NCBI GenBank assembly: GCA_964484385.1
Contig: CAZAFV010000007.1
Coordinates: 1,328 to 65,327 of the forward strand
Source: an uncultured Acidimicrobiales bacterium
GTDB lineage: Bacteria > Actinomycetota > Acidimicrobiia > Acidimicrobiales > Poriferisodalaceae
Length of the DNA stretch: 64,000 nucleotides
Reading direction: 5' to 3'
Part shown: piece by piece, positions 62,461 through 64,000 of the stretch
Numbering within the stretch: position 1 is the stretch's first letter
How the letters are laid out: every line of letters starts with the position of its first letter
Translations under genes and position numbers: made by a program
Notes under the pieces: generated by a model
The model's database searches: none
What the model was told of the DNA's origin: nothing
The model's input: only the letters and a program-made list of their open reading frames with translations

Positions 62461-64000
62461 TCAGCTGGATTCAGACGGCGAGCGATACTCCAGCAGCGAG
62501 GACTGACCACGCATGGCGACGATCCTCAGGTCGCGCTCATTGCCGTGGACATCAACAAGGTTGAGTACCTCGTCGCCAACAGCGAAGTGAACTGGTTGCT
62601 GTTGGCCGCCGTTGACAGCGACGTTGGTCGTGTAGAGGTACGCCCGATCAAGATTGTCGAGAATCGGGTTCAGTCGGCCTTCGATGCCCGGTAGGTATCC
62701 GGTTTGATCTTCAAAGATCGCCGAGCCACCTTCGATGAGCGATGTCAGCTCGACACTTTGCGCACCGCTAGCTGGAATCCAGCCCGTCGAGACATGGGCA
62801 CTCAAATTCGGTCCGGCGACGAACACCGTCATGGGGAGATCGTCGGTGTACAGGTCGAGGCGCGCGACGCCCTTCGCATCCGTCGTCGCGCCCCGACGTG
62901 TGCCATTGGGGAACAGCACCAAGACGTCGGCCTCGGCGACAGGCGCGCCCTCACAGCTGACGATGACGGCCGTCTCAGTGTCGAACCGCTCGAGTGCCGA
63001 CGGAAACTCCCCGAGCGGCACTACCTCGACTTCAGTCTGTGACTGTGCTTTCTCGCCACCGAAGACAATCATCTGCGCGGTGACGCCGGGCACCGTCTGT
63101 GCGATGCGTCGAAGCGGCCGGAACCAATCCTGCGCCACGGTTGCACCCGACTTCACCTCGATGGCGCAGACTCCGCGCCCTGTCTCATAGAGCAGGTCGC
63201 ACTCCAGGCCGCCCGACTCGCGGTAGAAGCTGAACCGGGGGTGACGACCACGGTTGTAGCTGTACTTGATCGATTCGGCGACGACGATGTTCTCAACGAG
63301 TTGGCCGCGCAAGGGATGTGTCGCCACTTGACTGGCATCTCGGATTCCCAACAAGTGGCTGGCGAGGCCGACATCGTAGAAATAGAGCTTCGGTGACCTC
63401 ACCAGCCTCTTTCGAATGTTCGCGAAGTACGGCTCGAGCCGGAACGCGATGTAGCTCCGCTCCAGCACGGCGAGCCAGTGCCGGACGGTGGTGTGCGTCA
63501 CCCCGAGGTCTCCCCCGAGTGATGAGAGATTCACGAGCTGGCCGATCCGCCCCGCGCACAGCGCTGCGAACTGGCGGAACGTCGGGAGATCGCCGACGCC
63601 TCCCATCCGACGCACATCGCGCTCGACGTAGGTGTCGAAATAGTCGGCGAGCACTTCTCGGGGATCGAGGCCTTGGTCGATAATGCGCGGGTAGAAGCCG
63701 CTGTGCACCAGTTCGTTCAGCGAATCTGGGCCGCCCGCGCGGCGATGTTCCTCGAAGGAGAAGGGAAGCAGGCGAAGCTGCGCTATCCGTCCGGCCAGAG
63801 ACTCGCTGATTGCCTCGTTGAGCTTGAAGTTCTCGCTGCCGGTGAGCACATACTGGCCGTTCGCCCCGCTGTCGTCCGCCAGCTCCTTGAGATACGAGAA
63901 CAGGAACGGCACATGCTGGACTTCGTCGATCACGGCAGGCCTGCCGAGATCACGGAGAAACCCTCGTGGATCTCGCTCGGCTTGCCCCCGGACGTCAGGC
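62461..64000 (-). CDS. AAA ATPase with DUF4143-like domain plus extra C-terminal beta-rich extension (5' end beyond window)
   Basis: The frame stays open to base 64000 (…PDVRGQAERDPRGFLRDLGRPAVIDEVQH), so the Walker A motif lies outside the window. Walker B is IDEVQ. The DUF4143-type segment is ECDLLYE...CAIEVKSG. About 173 further residues follow at 62464-62982. Confidence 0.8.
   Translation of the reverse strand, partial: PDVRGQAERDPRGFLRDLGRPAVIDEVQHVPFLFSYLKELADDSGANGQYVLTGSENFKLNEAISESLAGRIAQLRLLPFSFEEHRRAGGPDSLNELVHSGFYPRIIDQGLDPREVLADYFDTYVERDVRRMGGVGDLPTFRQFAALCAGRIGQLVNLSSLGGDLGVTHTTVRHWLAVLERSYIAFRLEPYFANIRKRLVRSPKLYFYDVGLASHLLGIRDASQVATHPLRGQLVENIVVAESIKYSYNRGRHPRFSFYRESGGLECDLLYETGRGVCAIEVKSGATVAQDWFRPLRRIAQTVPGVTAQMIVFGGEKAQSQTEVEVVPLGEFPSALERFDTETAVIVSCEGAPVAEADVLVLFPNGTRRGATTDAKGVARLDLYTDDLPMTVFVAGPNLSAHVSTGWIPASGAQSVELTSLIEGGSAIFEDQTGYLPGIEGRLNPILDNLDRAYLYTTNVAVNGGQQQPVHFAVGDEVLNLVDVHGNERDLRIVAMRGQSSLLEYRSPSESS

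Noticed and set aside
1-64000. CRISPR arrays, rRNA or tRNA genes, IS elements, integrases and prophage genes.
   Set aside because: I saw no regularly spaced repeats, no transposase or integrase-like ORFs, and no structural RNA signatures. The island at 4.8-13.6 kb therefore cannot be called a mobile element on the present evidence.

Overview
High-GC, actinobacterium-like chromosomal window (taxon is inference only). It is almost fully coding, with about 55 genes. I saw no rRNA, tRNA, CRISPR array, transposase or integrase. Most of the window is ordinary metabolism: amidohydrolase, esterase, SDR/ADH, MFS pumps, two molybdopterin oxidoreductase paralogues, CoA-transferases, enoyl-CoA hydratase, TPP enzyme, a glycine-betaine/dimethylglycine demethylation pair, aroK and arsC. 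Four regions stand out. (1) A lower-GC insertion of about 8.7 kb (about 4.8-13.6 kb) carries a 1,000-aa methyltransferase with an MmeI-like layout. This gene converges on a translationally coupled operon: a DUF4143-type AAA ATPase followed by a 1,391-aa NACHT NTPase ending in a PD-(D/E)xK nuclease. Two AT-rich palindromes sit upstream of the operon. I do not recognise this gene set as a named defence system, and it is my best candidate for an undescribed system. (2) A complete form I (Mo-Cu, AYRCSFR signature) CO-dehydrogenase locus lies at 30.3-40.3 kb. It has coxMSL, an XdhC-YHS/TRASH fusion, coxG and convergent coxD/coxE. The operon continues into five tandem tiny single-pass membrane paralogues. 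(3) A Hen1-Pnkp RNA-repair cassette lies at 47.7-51.7 kb, next to duplicated DUF4389 membrane genes. (4) A second DUF4143 ATPase with an unusual C-terminal beta-rich extension sits at the right edge. All functional calls come from motif recognition and recollection of protein families. No database search, HMM or structure prediction was run. Start codons are best guesses.
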